Source: an uncultured bacterium (lineage in GTDB: Bacteria > Cyanobacteriota > Cyanobacteriia > Cyanobacteriales > JAABRE01). From it: a DNA stretch of 64,000 nucleotides. The translations under genes and the position numbers were made by a program. The notes beneath the pieces are model-generated. The model was not told where the DNA came from. It searched no databases and was given only the letters and a program-made list of their open reading frames with translations. Below are positions 9,273-18,875 of this stretch, piece after piece. Position 1 is the first letter of the stretch. Every line of letters starts with the position of its first letter. Location: assembly GCA_964413275.1 (NCBI GenBank), contig CAYPSO010000002.1, positions 25,248-89,247 of the forward strand. Direction: 5' to 3'.

Positions 9273-10610
9273 TTGGCTACTCGTGTAATTATTGTACGTC
9301 ATGGACAAAGCAGTTATAATGCTCAAAAAATGATTCAAGGTCGTTGCAATGAATCAGTAATCACAGAAAAAGGCATAGCTGATGCTGCTCAAGTTGGCAA
9401 AACTTTAAGTGATTATCAGATAGATGGTTTTTATTGCAGTCCTTTACAAAGAGCCTTTAAAACAGCCGAAATCATCCACTCTCATCTCAATAATTCTCCT
9501 ACTTTACAACCTTTTGATAAATTATTAGAAATCGATCTACCTCTCTGGGAAAAGATGAAAAAAGATGAGGTAAAAGAGAAATTCAAAGAAGAATATAAGT
9601 CTTGGAAAGAAAAACCCCACGAATTTAAAATGATTTTAGAGGGAGTTCGAGAACATTATCCCGTCATTTCTCTTTACGAACAAGCTCAATCATTTTGGCA
9701 AGAAATCATCCCCCAATATAATGGCAAAACTATATTAATAGTGGCTCATAATGGTATTAATCGCTGTTTAATTATGAGTGCAATTGGCATTCATCCTTCC
9801 CGCTATCAATCCATTCAACAGTCTAATTGTTGTATTAATATCTTAAATTTCACTGGTAATTATGGTGAAGCAGTACAGCTAGAATCACTTAATCAAACGG
9901 CTCATTTAGGTGTCAGTTTACCCTCTTATCGCCCCGGACATCAAGGCTCAAGATTGTTATTGGTGCGTCATGGAGAAACTAACTGGAATAGAGAAGGGCG
10001 TTTTCAGGGCATTAAAGATATACCCTTAAATGAAAATGGCAAAAAACAGGCACAAAAAGCAGCAGATTTTTTAAAGGACATCGATCTAGATTTTGCTGTT
10101 AGCAGCCCCATGTTACGCCCTAAAGAAACCGCCGAAATAATTTTGCAATCTCATCCTGAAGTTAAGTTAGAAACGAAAAAAGATTTAATGGAAATCGGCC
10201 ATGGGTTATGGGAAGGTAAATTAGAAAACGAAATAGAAAATGACTTTCCGGGATTATTACAACAATGGCAAACTAAACCAGAAACCGTGCAAATGCCTGA
10301 AGGCGAGAATTTACAACAGGTTTGGGATAGGGCAATTGCAGCTTGGTGTGAAATTGTAGCCCAATTTAGTAATTCAGACTCACCTCAAACTGGTATTGTT
10401 GTCGCCCACGATGCAATTAATAAAGTAATTATTTGCTATTTATTGGGCTTAAAAACCGCAGATATTTGGAAGATTAAACAAGGTAATGGTGCAGTTACCG
10501 TAGTTGATTATTCTGAAGGTAGCCAAGGAAAACCAGTATTACAAGCCATTAATATTACCTCTCATTTAGGTGGTGGAATATTAGATAAAACTGCTGCGGG
10601 AGCTTTATAA
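9273..10610 (+). CDS. Tandem double histidine-phosphatase (phosphoglycerate-mutase-like) protein
   Basis: Two PGAM-type domains, each opening with an RHG motif (IIVRHGQSSYN and LLLVRHGETNWN). TTG start as given in the track. Confidence 0.85.
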   Translation: MATRVIIVRHGQSSYNAQKMIQGRCNESVITEKGIADAAQVGKTLSDYQIDGFYCSPLQRAFKTAEIIHSHLNNSPTLQPFDKLLEIDLPLWEKMKKDEVKEKFKEEYKSWKEKPHEFKMILEGVREHYPVISLYEQAQSFWQEIIPQYNGKTILIVAHNGINRCLIMSAIGIHPSRYQSIQQSNCCINILNFTGNYGEAVQLESLNQTAHLGVSLPSYRPGHQGSRLLLVRHGETNWNREGRFQGIKDIPLNENGKKQAQKAADFLKDIDLDFAVSSPMLRPKETAEIILQSHPEVKLETKKDLMEIGHGLWEGKLENEIENDFPGLLQQWQTKPETVQMPEGENLQQVWDRAIAAWCEIVAQFSNSDSPQTGIVVAHDAINKVIICYLLGLKTADIWKIKQGNGAVTVVDYSEGSQGKPVLQAINITSHLGGGILDKTAAGAL

Positions 10611-10687
10611 ATTCTGTGTAAGACAGGCCAAAGTGCCTGTCAGATCAATCAAAGTTTATAATATCCACAAATCCTGACTACTTAGCC

Positions 10688-11284
10688 CTAAATACTCATT
10701 TCTCCCAAATATTTGCGTAAATAAGGAGAAAAAACTTCATAAATAAGAGTTAAAGGTTTGCGATCGTGCCAAAATAAATAATGACGACCCCAAAATGGCC
10801 CTTTCTCTCCAAAAGCTATTTCTAATTCACTAGAATGACCATAATAAATACCTTGAATATCCCGATACAACTCAGTATGCAAACGAGACAAACTTTCCCA
10901 AATCGGTAAAGAACGATTTTGTAAATATTCATCAACATGATTAGCATCCCACCAAGAAGCAGCATAAGCTAATCTTTGACCAGAAGCAGTGCGTAGCCAT
11001 ACTTGTCGTCTCAATCTTGGTGCAGAGACGGCTTCAATGTCCATAGGTGCGCCATCATTTTTGTCTCCAATGGGGGACATATCAATAACATCTACTTCCG
11101 TGCGCTCACCTGTTAATAAAAGTAGATGACGAGTCGGTGAGCCATCCCCCAAAATCAAAATTTGCCAAGCAGGAGCAAGCAAACTATGGGGTAAACCTTG
11201 GTGAACTACCTCTTCACCTCTCTGCCAGATAGTTTTAAGAGAATGCCATTCGGTGCTTGTAGTTAAATTGATTTGTGATTTCAA
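10688..11284 (-). CDS. Chorismate pyruvate-lyase-like protein (DUF98 family)
   Basis: Motif LILGDGSPTRHLLLLTGE, typical of the UbiC/DUF98 fold. 198 aa. TTG start, no alternative ATG nearby. Confidence 0.65.
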   Translation of the reverse strand: MKSQINLTTSTEWHSLKTIWQRGEEVVHQGLPHSLLAPAWQILILGDGSPTRHLLLLTGERTEVDVIDMSPIGDKNDGAPMDIEAVSAPRLRRQVWLRTASGQRLAYAASWWDANHVDEYLQNRSLPIWESLSRLHTELYRDIQGIYYGHSSELEIAFGEKGPFWGRHYLFWHDRKPLTLIYEVFSPYLRKYLGEMSI

Positions 11285-11435
11285 GGTTATTTTTAATTTA
11301 GTTTACAAAAGTTAATAATATCTCTTTTTATCATAAACAATTTTTGTTGTAGAAGCAGGGTTTTTCTTCATCGGAGTAGATTTTTAAGAAAAGTTAGTGA
11401 GAAAACAAGGGAGATAATGGGGAAATATGCTTCTG

Positions 11436-12041
11436 CTATAAAACCCCTTTACTACTAGGGATTTGGAATGCACGACGAGGATCGATTTCCACAGCCATAC
11501 GCATAGCACGAGCAAAAGCTTTAAAAGTTGCTTCAATAATATGATGGGAATTAATACCATCTAATTGTCTGATATGTAGAGTCATTAAACTATGATTGAC
11601 AATCGCCACAAAAAATTCTCGCACTAATTGAGTGTCATAAGTACCAACTCTTTGGGTAGGAATTTCTAATTTATAACCCAAATGAGGACGACCAGAAAAA
11701 TCAAGGGCAACTTGAATTAAAGCTTCATCAAGGGGTGCAACAAAATGACCGAAACGATGAATCCCTTTGCGATCGCCTAAAGCCTTAGCCAAAGCCATAC
11801 CTAGAGTAATTCCTACATCTTCATTGGTATGATGATCGTCAATATGCAAATCCCCTATAGCCTGGACATCTAAATCAATTAAACCGTGAGAAGATATTTG
11901 ATGCAACATATGATCGAGAAAGGGAATACCAGTATTAACCTCGCACTTACCAGTACCATCTAAATTAATAATTACCTTAACATCGGTTTCCCCAGTAGTA
12001 CGTTGTACAGAAGCAATACGGGGGGTATCATTGATTTGCAT
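11436..12041 (-). CDS. hisB: Imidazoleglycerol-phosphate dehydratase
   Basis: Full-length IGPD with both His-rich signatures ([15 protein letters not shown] and [16 protein letters not shown]). Confidence 0.95.
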   Translation of the reverse strand: MQINDTPRIASVQRTTGETDVKVIINLDGTGKCEVNTGIPFLDHMLHQISSHGLIDLDVQAIGDLHIDDHHTNEDVGITLGMALAKALGDRKGIHRFGHFVAPLDEALIQVALDFSGRPHLGYKLEIPTQRVGTYDTQLVREFFVAIVNHSLMTLHIRQLDGINSHHIIEATFKAFARAMRMAVEIDPRRAFQIPSSKGVL

Positions 12042-12162
12042 TAAAATTAATCCTTAAATTGACTAAATAAAGCGATAATGATAATTAATTATATAACAAT
12101 AAAAAAACTTCTCATCACCCAAAGTATAAGGAAAAGATACAAGCCATATAGTAATTTGTATA

Positions 12163-12227
12163 GGGTGGGCAATTCTAACAATAACATTAGGATAAATGAG
12201 ATAAGCTTAATTAAAGAATTGCCCACC
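12163..12227. repeat. GGTGGGCAATTC/GAATTGCCCACC hairpin element (family member 2)
   Basis: Perfect 12-bp inverted repeat (12164-12175 / 12216-12227) with a 40-nt spacer, in the divergent hisB-glcD intergenic region. Left arm preceded by TAG as in the other copies. Confidence 0.8.
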
Positions 12228-12383
12228 AACCAACGTAATGGTTTATTATTGATTTTGTTTCCATACTAACCCTACAACAATAAAGCTTTAGGAGTTAAAT
12301 ATATTCAACCCCTACGATAACGTTAAAAAAATATTGTGTCAAAATTTAAGTATATTTAAGAACAAAACCTAACCTAAAAATAT

Positions 12384-13862
12384 ATGATTAACAATATCCT
12401 AAAACCTATATCCCAGAAATGGCAACCGATTATAAAAAAATTTGAGGCAATTCTGGGCAAAGATGGAGTAATCAAACGCAAAGACGAACTACTAACCTAC
12501 GAATGCGACGGTTTACCAGCTTACCGTCAACGTCCTGCTCTAGTCGTTTTACCCCGTACCACCGAACAAGTAGCAGCTATAGTCAAGATTTGCCATGATG
12601 AAAAAATCCCTTGGATAGCGAGGGGTGCAGGTACAGGTTTATCCGGTGGAGCATTACCCAGTGAAGATTCAGTTCTCATTGTCACCGCCAGAATGAATCA
12701 AATTCTTAAAGTTGACCTTGAAAACCAACGAGTAGTAGTACAACCCGGAGTTATTAATAATTGGGTAACACAAGCCGTAAGTGGTGCGGGGTTTTATTAT
12801 GCACCCGATCCATCTAGTCAAATTATCTGCTCTATTGGTGGTAATGTGGCAGAAAATTCTGGGGGTGTCCATTGTTTGAAATACGGAGTCACCACCAACC
12901 ATATTTTAGGCTTAAAAATTGTGCTTCCTGATGGCTCAATTATTGATACGGGTGGTTTTGTGCAGGAAATGCCGGGTTATGACATTACAGGTTTATTCGT
13001 CGGCTCTGAGGGGACATTGGGTATCGCTACCGAAATAACTTTACGGATTCTGAAAACTCCCGAATCAATATGTGTCCTATTAGCTGATTTTGAAACTATC
13101 GAAGAAGCTGGTAAATCCGTCGCTGAGATTATTAGTGCAGGTATCATTCCCGCAGGTATGGAAATTATGGATAACCTGAGTATTAACGCAGTAGAAGATG
13201 TGGTTGCGACTAATTGTTATCCTAGAGATGCAGGAGCAATTTTATTAGTAGAATTAGACGGATTACAGGTAGAAGTTAATGTAAATAAGAAAAAAGTAGC
13301 TGAAATTTGTCGTAATAATGGGGCAAGAAATATTACGACGGCTTCTGATTTAGAAACTCGTTTAAAGCTATGGAAAGGAAGAAAAGCTGCTTTTGCCGCC
13401 GCAGGGCATATTAGTCCTAACTATTTTGTCCAAGATGGGGTAATTCCTCGGACTAAATTAGTGGAAGTTTTAACAGAAATTAATGCTTTAAGCGAAAAAT
13501 ATGGCTATCGTATTGCCAATGTATTTCACGCCGGAGATGGCAATTTACATCCTTTGATTTTATATGATAATTCTGTACCCGGAGCATTTGAACAAGTAGA
13601 GGAATTAGGGGGAGAAATTCTCAAGCTCTGTGTGAAAGCAGGGGGTAGCATTTCTGGAGAACATGGCATCGGCTCAGATAAAGTTTGTTATATGCCAGAT
13701 ATGTTTACCGAAGTTGATTTAGAAACCATGCAATATGTGCGATCGGCTTTTAATCCCGATGGTTTAGCTAATCCCAATAAAATTTTTCCTACTCCTCGCA
13801 CCTGTGGAGAGTCTGCCAATGCTCAAGCAAGGGGCGATTTTAAGGATATACCAGCTTTTTGA
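12384..13862 (+). CDS. glcD: Glycolate oxidase subunit GlcD (FAD-linked oxidase)
   Basis: FAD-binding PCMH domain (ARGAGTGLSGGALP) and C-terminal GSISGEHGIG. 492 aa. Confidence 0.9.
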   Translation: MINNILKPISQKWQPIIKKFEAILGKDGVIKRKDELLTYECDGLPAYRQRPALVVLPRTTEQVAAIVKICHDEKIPWIARGAGTGLSGGALPSEDSVLIVTARMNQILKVDLENQRVVVQPGVINNWVTQAVSGAGFYYAPDPSSQIICSIGGNVAENSGGVHCLKYGVTTNHILGLKIVLPDGSIIDTGGFVQEMPGYDITGLFVGSEGTLGIATEITLRILKTPESICVLLADFETIEEAGKSVAEIISAGIIPAGMEIMDNLSINAVEDVVATNCYPRDAGAILLVELDGLQVEVNVNKKKVAEICRNNGARNITTASDLETRLKLWKGRKAAFAAAGHISPNYFVQDGVIPRTKLVEVLTEINALSEKYGYRIANVFHAGDGNLHPLILYDNSVPGAFEQVEELGGEILKLCVKAGGSISGEHGIGSDKVCYMPDMFTEVDLETMQYVRSAFNPDGLANPNKIFPTPRTCGESANAQARGDFKDIPAF

Positions 13863-13918
13863 TGATTGAAAATACTAGGGGTGCAAGCATTTAAGCTTTA
13901 AGATTTGTGTTTTTCAAA

Positions 13919-14716
13919 TTAATGCCAAGTTTTTAGCTTTTTTCTCTTCAACATAAATCGGGGATTAACTTGCACCAATAACTCAAATTGGTCGGCTAAT
14001 CCCCGGCGCTGTAAGGCTTCATTTACAGCTCTAGAGCTATATTGAATTTGCTCAAACTGTTTAGTATGGGAAATACTCTCAGCATGATTGCGATAGTAAT
14101 ACAAGGGTTTAGATAAATGTATCACTTCAGTCACTTCCGATAGTCGCAAACATAAGTCATAATCCTGTGCTAGGGCAAATTCAGGATTGATTCCTCCCAC
14201 CATTTGGTAAACTTCTCGGCGAATTAAACGAAAATGAAAGGTCATAAAATCTACTAACAGTCGCTCTGGTGAATAGGGAATTTGACAGCGTTGACCTAGA
14301 CCTTTAACTTGACCATTGGCATCAATTACTAAATAGTCTGTATAAACTAGACCAATCTTTGGTTGAGCGTCTAAAATCTCAGCAGTTTCAGCTAAAGTAG
14401 TCGGAGCCAGTAAATCATCACTGTCAACAAAGCCGAGATAAATTCCTGTAGTTTGGTCAACAGCATTGGCTAAGGCAACTCCCCTACCTTGATGTTGGGC
14501 GGCAATTACTCTGATTCTTTGGTCTTGTTGGGCGTAGCGGTGAGCAATTTCAAGGCTGCTATCTGTAGAACCATCATCCCAAATTAATAATTGCCAATCT
14601 TTTCTAGTCTGTTGAAGCACGCTTTCAATAGTTGCAGCTAGGTAAGCTTGTCCATTGTAAACAGTGATGACTAAAGAAAAGGTAGCTGCAATAGAAGATG
14701 ATGTTTCTTGGTTCAT
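13919..14716 (-). CDS. Family-2 glycosyltransferase
   Basis: GT-A N-terminus VITVYNGQAYL...WDDGSTDSS and DXD motif FVDSDD. Confidence 0.85.
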   Translation of the reverse strand: MNQETSSSIAATFSLVITVYNGQAYLAATIESVLQQTRKDWQLLIWDDGSTDSSLEIAHRYAQQDQRIRVIAAQHQGRGVALANAVDQTTGIYLGFVDSDDLLAPTTLAETAEILDAQPKIGLVYTDYLVIDANGQVKGLGQRCQIPYSPERLLVDFMTFHFRLIRREVYQMVGGINPEFALAQDYDLCLRLSEVTEVIHLSKPLYYYRNHAESISHTKQFEQIQYSSRAVNEALQRRGLADQFELLVQVNPRFMLKRKKLKTWH

Positions 14717-14738
14717 TATATAAAAATTAGATATTTTA

Positions 14739-16244
14739 TTAATTTTTAGATTTAGACCGAAAACTTAAAATACTAATCCCCAATAAACCAAATAATACAT
14801 TGGATTCAGGAACAGAAGTCGAAATATTATCACTTTGAGCTATTTGACGAGCAGGACTATTAGGAGTTGCAAAGTATGAACCAATAGGAATAGGTGGATC
14901 GCCTAGATCGGGAGGTGCAGTGTACCAACTTGCCAGATAGGGAGCATTTTTAGGAGCAAAGTCACTTAAAAAGCTAAATTCAGTTAAGGAATTCCCCGGC
15001 AAAATTGAATTAGTAGGAGTACCATTAGTATTAGCAACATTGTACCAATGCAAAATTAAGGGTGGATCTTCAAAAACTTCAGGATTCGAGCCATACCATT
15101 CTGGATTGATTGATAATAGTGGATCTTCAGATTTGTTGTAGTTCCACTTACTGAAATTGTAGGGACTATCTGAATTGTTGTAATAATCACTTGTCCCGTC
15201 AGGAGGTAAAATCTCAAAATCCCAACCAGATGGAGTGGAGATACTGGCAATATCTAAGTCATTAACATCAAAAAGTGGTAATTCCCAATCGACAATTTCA
15301 TCACAAATTTCTTCATTACCATAACCACTACCTGACATAATTGGGGAAGTATTGAATACTTCAAACTCGTATAAGTATTGATTGCCTACAGGAGTGATAG
15401 TAGCATCTACTCTTGAGGCGGGACAGGATTTATTAATTTCATTGTGCCAACCCCAACTAATACCTCCAAAGATTTGAACTTTTTTATAATTACCTTCGGC
15501 ATCATTTTTCTGATAGGCCAAATATAAATTGGCTGTCCAATCATGATCATTCCAAATATCTCCTCTACCTGGAATGTCATGAAAATTATATGGATCTCGT
15601 TTATTGCTAAAGAAATAAAAAGGATCGTCTGGTTTTTCTTTTAAAGAATCACCATAGTAAAAGGGTGTTTTCGATTTTGTATCAATGATACTTTCTGGTA
15701 TGTTATGACCTTGCACTACGTTTTTTGCATCTTCTATTACTTTATGATTACTTTCTACCCATTGAAGCCAGTGGAGTTGACCTGTATTGGGATCGGGAAA
15801 TTCTGTTACTGTTATATCTTTACCAAGTTCGGGATCGAAAAAATTTTCTTTTTGAGGTTCGTATTCTAGATCGAGCCTTCCACCAACCTTTATAGGAAGA
15901 CTACCGTCTGCTGAAAATTGTTGACAACCCAACATATCTTGAGGATTGCAAGGTTGATACCAAGTAATATTAATATTTCCATTAATTAAAGTATTAGATG
16001 ACTCAAACTCCCATTCTGGAAATTGGCTTTGAAAAGCTTTAATGAGTTTAGCATCAGGAGGAGAAATTTTTTGAATTGGATCTATCCATACCTGTCCTTT
16101 GAGATTACCAACTGTATATGAAACTGGAGTTAAATTAGGTGAATATGAATAGGAAACAGTAAATGCGTTCGCTGGAAAAGTAGCACCAACTATGGAAAAT
16201 ATTACTGTTCCCATCTTTATAAAAATTATTTGCCTGCTTTTCAT
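14739..16244 (-). CDS. Secreted PEP-CTERM-anchored protein of unknown function
   Basis: N-terminal signal peptide (GTVIFSIVGATFPANA). C-terminal VPE + hydrophobic helix (SNVLFGLLGISILSF) + basic tail RSKSKN, the classical PEP-CTERM sorting signal. Confidence 0.8.
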   Translation of the reverse strand: MKSRQIIFIKMGTVIFSIVGATFPANAFTVSYSYSPNLTPVSYTVGNLKGQVWIDPIQKISPPDAKLIKAFQSQFPEWEFESSNTLINGNINITWYQPCNPQDMLGCQQFSADGSLPIKVGGRLDLEYEPQKENFFDPELGKDITVTEFPDPNTGQLHWLQWVESNHKVIEDAKNVVQGHNIPESIIDTKSKTPFYYGDSLKEKPDDPFYFFSNKRDPYNFHDIPGRGDIWNDHDWTANLYLAYQKNDAEGNYKKVQIFGGISWGWHNEINKSCPASRVDATITPVGNQYLYEFEVFNTSPIMSGSGYGNEEICDEIVDWELPLFDVNDLDIASISTPSGWDFEILPPDGTSDYYNNSDSPYNFSKWNYNKSEDPLLSINPEWYGSNPEVFEDPPLILHWYNVANTNGTPTNSILPGNSLTEFSFLSDFAPKNAPYLASWYTAPPDLGDPPIPIGSYFATPNSPARQIAQSDNISTSVPESNVLFGLLGISILSFRSKSKN

Positions 16245-16652
16245 TTCTTTCTTTTGAGACTATATTGGCTTTATAAGGTACTTAGGTAGAGTTTATTATA
16301 AATTATTGGTAAAAAACCTAGCTTTACAAACTCTTTACAAGAAAATGCCAATTAATCCTTAATATTCGTTAAAAATTCTTAAATTATGAAGATATTGTAA
16401 AGTAGAAAAATAAGTCATACCAATTTGTGTTCAGAAATCTAACTTTGAATTACGAGTCACTGTCTTTTCTATTCCAGAATATATTAGGGGGAAGGTTGAG
16501 TCGATGGGAGATATGACTCTCCGCACTTCTCACACTCAGACGTTGCAATATTTCACGCCTATTAGCGGTCGTAAAATACCAGTTCTGAAATCCTTATATT
16601 ACAAAGGTTTCAAGCTAGATTGCACTTTTTGACAGCTTCGCTAGTTTCACCC

Positions 16653-17726
16653 CTAATGAATAACTAACTTAACAAAAGGTGTGGTAATACTCCCAGTCCA
16701 AAAACCGTCCACATTGGTATATTGTCGGTTCTTTGCTAATAGTATTTCGCCGTTAGTTTTAATAATTTTATAACTGAATCTTAGATAATAAGTTCCGGGT
16801 TTAAATTCATAGGATGGCTCTCCAATGCTTTTGTACAAACTCCAAAAACCCCCATATCCTTCACGTCCTCCTGCTCCTTTTGAACTAAGTGTCATTGTAG
16901 TCAAAAACTCTACTGTTTCATTAGATTGAACAACTGGTATATCTTTTTCATTACAAGGAATAAGAACATTTCTGTTAACTCCTATTGATGAAAAACCAAT
17001 ATCTTTACCGAAAAAGTTTGGCACAAAACTTCGCAAAGCAAATCGCATTGGTAGAGTAGTTAAATTAGTAATTCTTACCCCAGATTGAAAATCAGTTTCT
17101 CCAGAGTAGGGAAATGTAATAATTGGTTGACCTGGAAACTCCGTAACTGTTTGTGGAGGTATAGTTTCAAAAATAATACCATTAGCATTAATTGCTCTTG
17201 GATTGGTTTCGAGAGGTTCAAGTAGATGCAGATTCACCCATTGAGTTGTTAATTTTTCCTCATTTTGCTCGTTAGTTTCTGAATAAGTAAATCTAAACTT
17301 ATAAACACCAGCCGTTAAACCAACAAACTTCCAGATTGCCATTGGTTCTTCAAATTGAAAAGAGGGATGATCTAATAATTCAAATTCGAGTTGTTCCTCA
17401 TGCCAAAATAATTTCCCTTGTAAATACCAGCAAGCCTCATTTTTAGCTTTTATTTTTTGAGTCCCACTGGCAGATTGCTCTTTTTTAAGTTTATGCAATT
17501 GAAGTAAAGAATTTTTTACACAAGATAATTCTGGTGCTAACTTTTGGTGATAATCAACTAATATATTGTTGGCTTGATTATTTCTTACATTTATTGTCAA
17601 GTCAATTGCAGTTTGAGTTTCTTGGCTTTTATTAGGAATTGGTAAAAATATATTTTCTGCTGATATTAACGTTAATTCAACGGGTTTTTTAGTTGAATTA
17701 ACCTCAGAAGATGTATCGTGTTCCAT
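16653..17726 (-). CDS. Hypothetical protein, paralogue 1 of a tandem pair
   Basis: 357-aa ORF sharing long identical blocks with the adjacent 343-aa ORF (ISAENIFLPIPN, NPRAINANGIIFETIPPQ, C-terminal DFWTGSITTPFVKLVIH). No recognised domain, signal peptide or TM. Confidence 0.75.
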   Translation of the reverse strand: MEHDTSSEVNSTKKPVELTLISAENIFLPIPNKSQETQTAIDLTINVRNNQANNILVDYHQKLAPELSCVKNSLLQLHKLKKEQSASGTQKIKAKNEACWYLQGKLFWHEEQLEFELLDHPSFQFEEPMAIWKFVGLTAGVYKFRFTYSETNEQNEEKLTTQWVNLHLLEPLETNPRAINANGIIFETIPPQTVTEFPGQPIITFPYSGETDFQSGVRITNLTTLPMRFALRSFVPNFFGKDIGFSSIGVNRNVLIPCNEKDIPVVQSNETVEFLTTMTLSSKGAGGREGYGGFWSLYKSIGEPSYEFKPGTYYLRFSYKIIKTNGEILLAKNRQYTNVDGFWTGSITTPFVKLVIH

Positions 17727-17800
17727 TAAAATTAGTTTTAGTTAATATTGATTATTCTTATTGTTAGCTATTTGTAATCTAAATTACAATGAATATTAGC

Positions 17801-18832
17801 TTAATGAATAACTAGCTTAACAAAAGGGGTTGTAATACTCCCAGTCCAAAAATCATCTGCTTGAGCGAGTTTTTTATCTACACGCAAGAATTTGAACTTT
17901 TCTTCCATACTAGGTTGAATATTTGTATAACCAAGTCTCAAATAATAAGTTCCCGCTTTAAATTGATAGGAAGTTTGTGCTTTTGCTTTGCGTAAATACC
18001 AGACTCCTCCATATCCTTCATATCCTGAAATTGAGCCAATTTCAGATATGGTGGCATTCATCAAAAGTTCTATTGTTTCATCTGGTTTAACTAGTGGCAG
18101 ATCTAATTCATCTACACTTCTGAGTGCATTTCTATTTATCCCTATAAACAACAAGCCACAATCTGGAGCTAAAAAACTTGGGTAAAAATTCTGTAAAGCA
18201 AAGCGTACTGAGGAAGTAGTTAAATTAGTAATTCTTACTCCAAACTGAAAATCCGTTTGCCCAGAGTAGGGAAAATGAATAATTGGTTGACTGGGATACT
18301 TAACAACTGCTTGTGGAGGTATCGTTTCAAAAATAATCCCGTTAGCATTAATGGCTCTAGGATTGCTTTCAAGAGGTTCGATTAGATGCAGATTTACCCA
18401 TTGAGTTACTGCTTCTCCATCTGGAAAAGGAGTATAACTAAATCTTAATTGATATACACCAGTGGTTAAACCAACAATTTTCCAAATTATTTGAGAGTTA
18501 CTGGAATAATCTTCCCGATTGCGTGAAAATTCTAACTCTAGTTGTCTTTGTTGCCAAGTTAATTTAGCTTGCAAGTAACAGCGAAGGTGTTCTTGAACTT
18601 CTGATGGTTGATACTCAGAAGCAAGATTTTCATCTTTTAAAACCAATTGCGAAGATAATGAACCTGATGTTGATTTTAGTTCTGGTTTCAAATCCAATAA
18701 GGGATCGAGGGAGGGATTATTTTTGATTTCGACAGCCAGAAAAATTGTCGTTTGTTTTTCTTCAGTAGGATTAGGAATTGGTAAAAATATGTTTTCTGCT
18801 GATATTAACTTTATTTCAACTGGTTTTTCCAT
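17801..18832 (-). CDS. Hypothetical protein, paralogue 2 of a tandem pair
   Basis: 343-aa ORF. Same conserved blocks as the 16653..17726 product. Confidence 0.75.
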   Translation of the reverse strand: MEKPVEIKLISAENIFLPIPNPTEEKQTTIFLAVEIKNNPSLDPLLDLKPELKSTSGSLSSQLVLKDENLASEYQPSEVQEHLRCYLQAKLTWQQRQLELEFSRNREDYSSNSQIIWKIVGLTTGVYQLRFSYTPFPDGEAVTQWVNLHLIEPLESNPRAINANGIIFETIPPQAVVKYPSQPIIHFPYSGQTDFQFGVRITNLTTSSVRFALQNFYPSFLAPDCGLLFIGINRNALRSVDELDLPLVKPDETIELLMNATISEIGSISGYEGYGGVWYLRKAKAQTSYQFKAGTYYLRLGYTNIQPSMEEKFKFLRVDKKLAQADDFWTGSITTPFVKLVIH

Positions 18833-18875
18833 TGAATTATCCTAACGTTGCTGATTTACAGAAAGATTAATTTTT

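Noticed and set aside
12078-12269. 63-aa plus-strand ORF between hisB and glcD
   Set aside because: It reads straight through the GGTGGGCAATTC/GAATTGCCCACC hairpin element. The peptide is Ile/Asn/Lys-rich, AT-driven sequence with no RBS. The repeat explains it better.
16581-16613. Possible CRISPR repeat (GTTCTGAAATCCTTATATTACAAAGGTTTCAAG)
   Set aside because: It occurs once only, with no spacer-repeat periodicity anywhere in the window and no cas genes. This is not an array.
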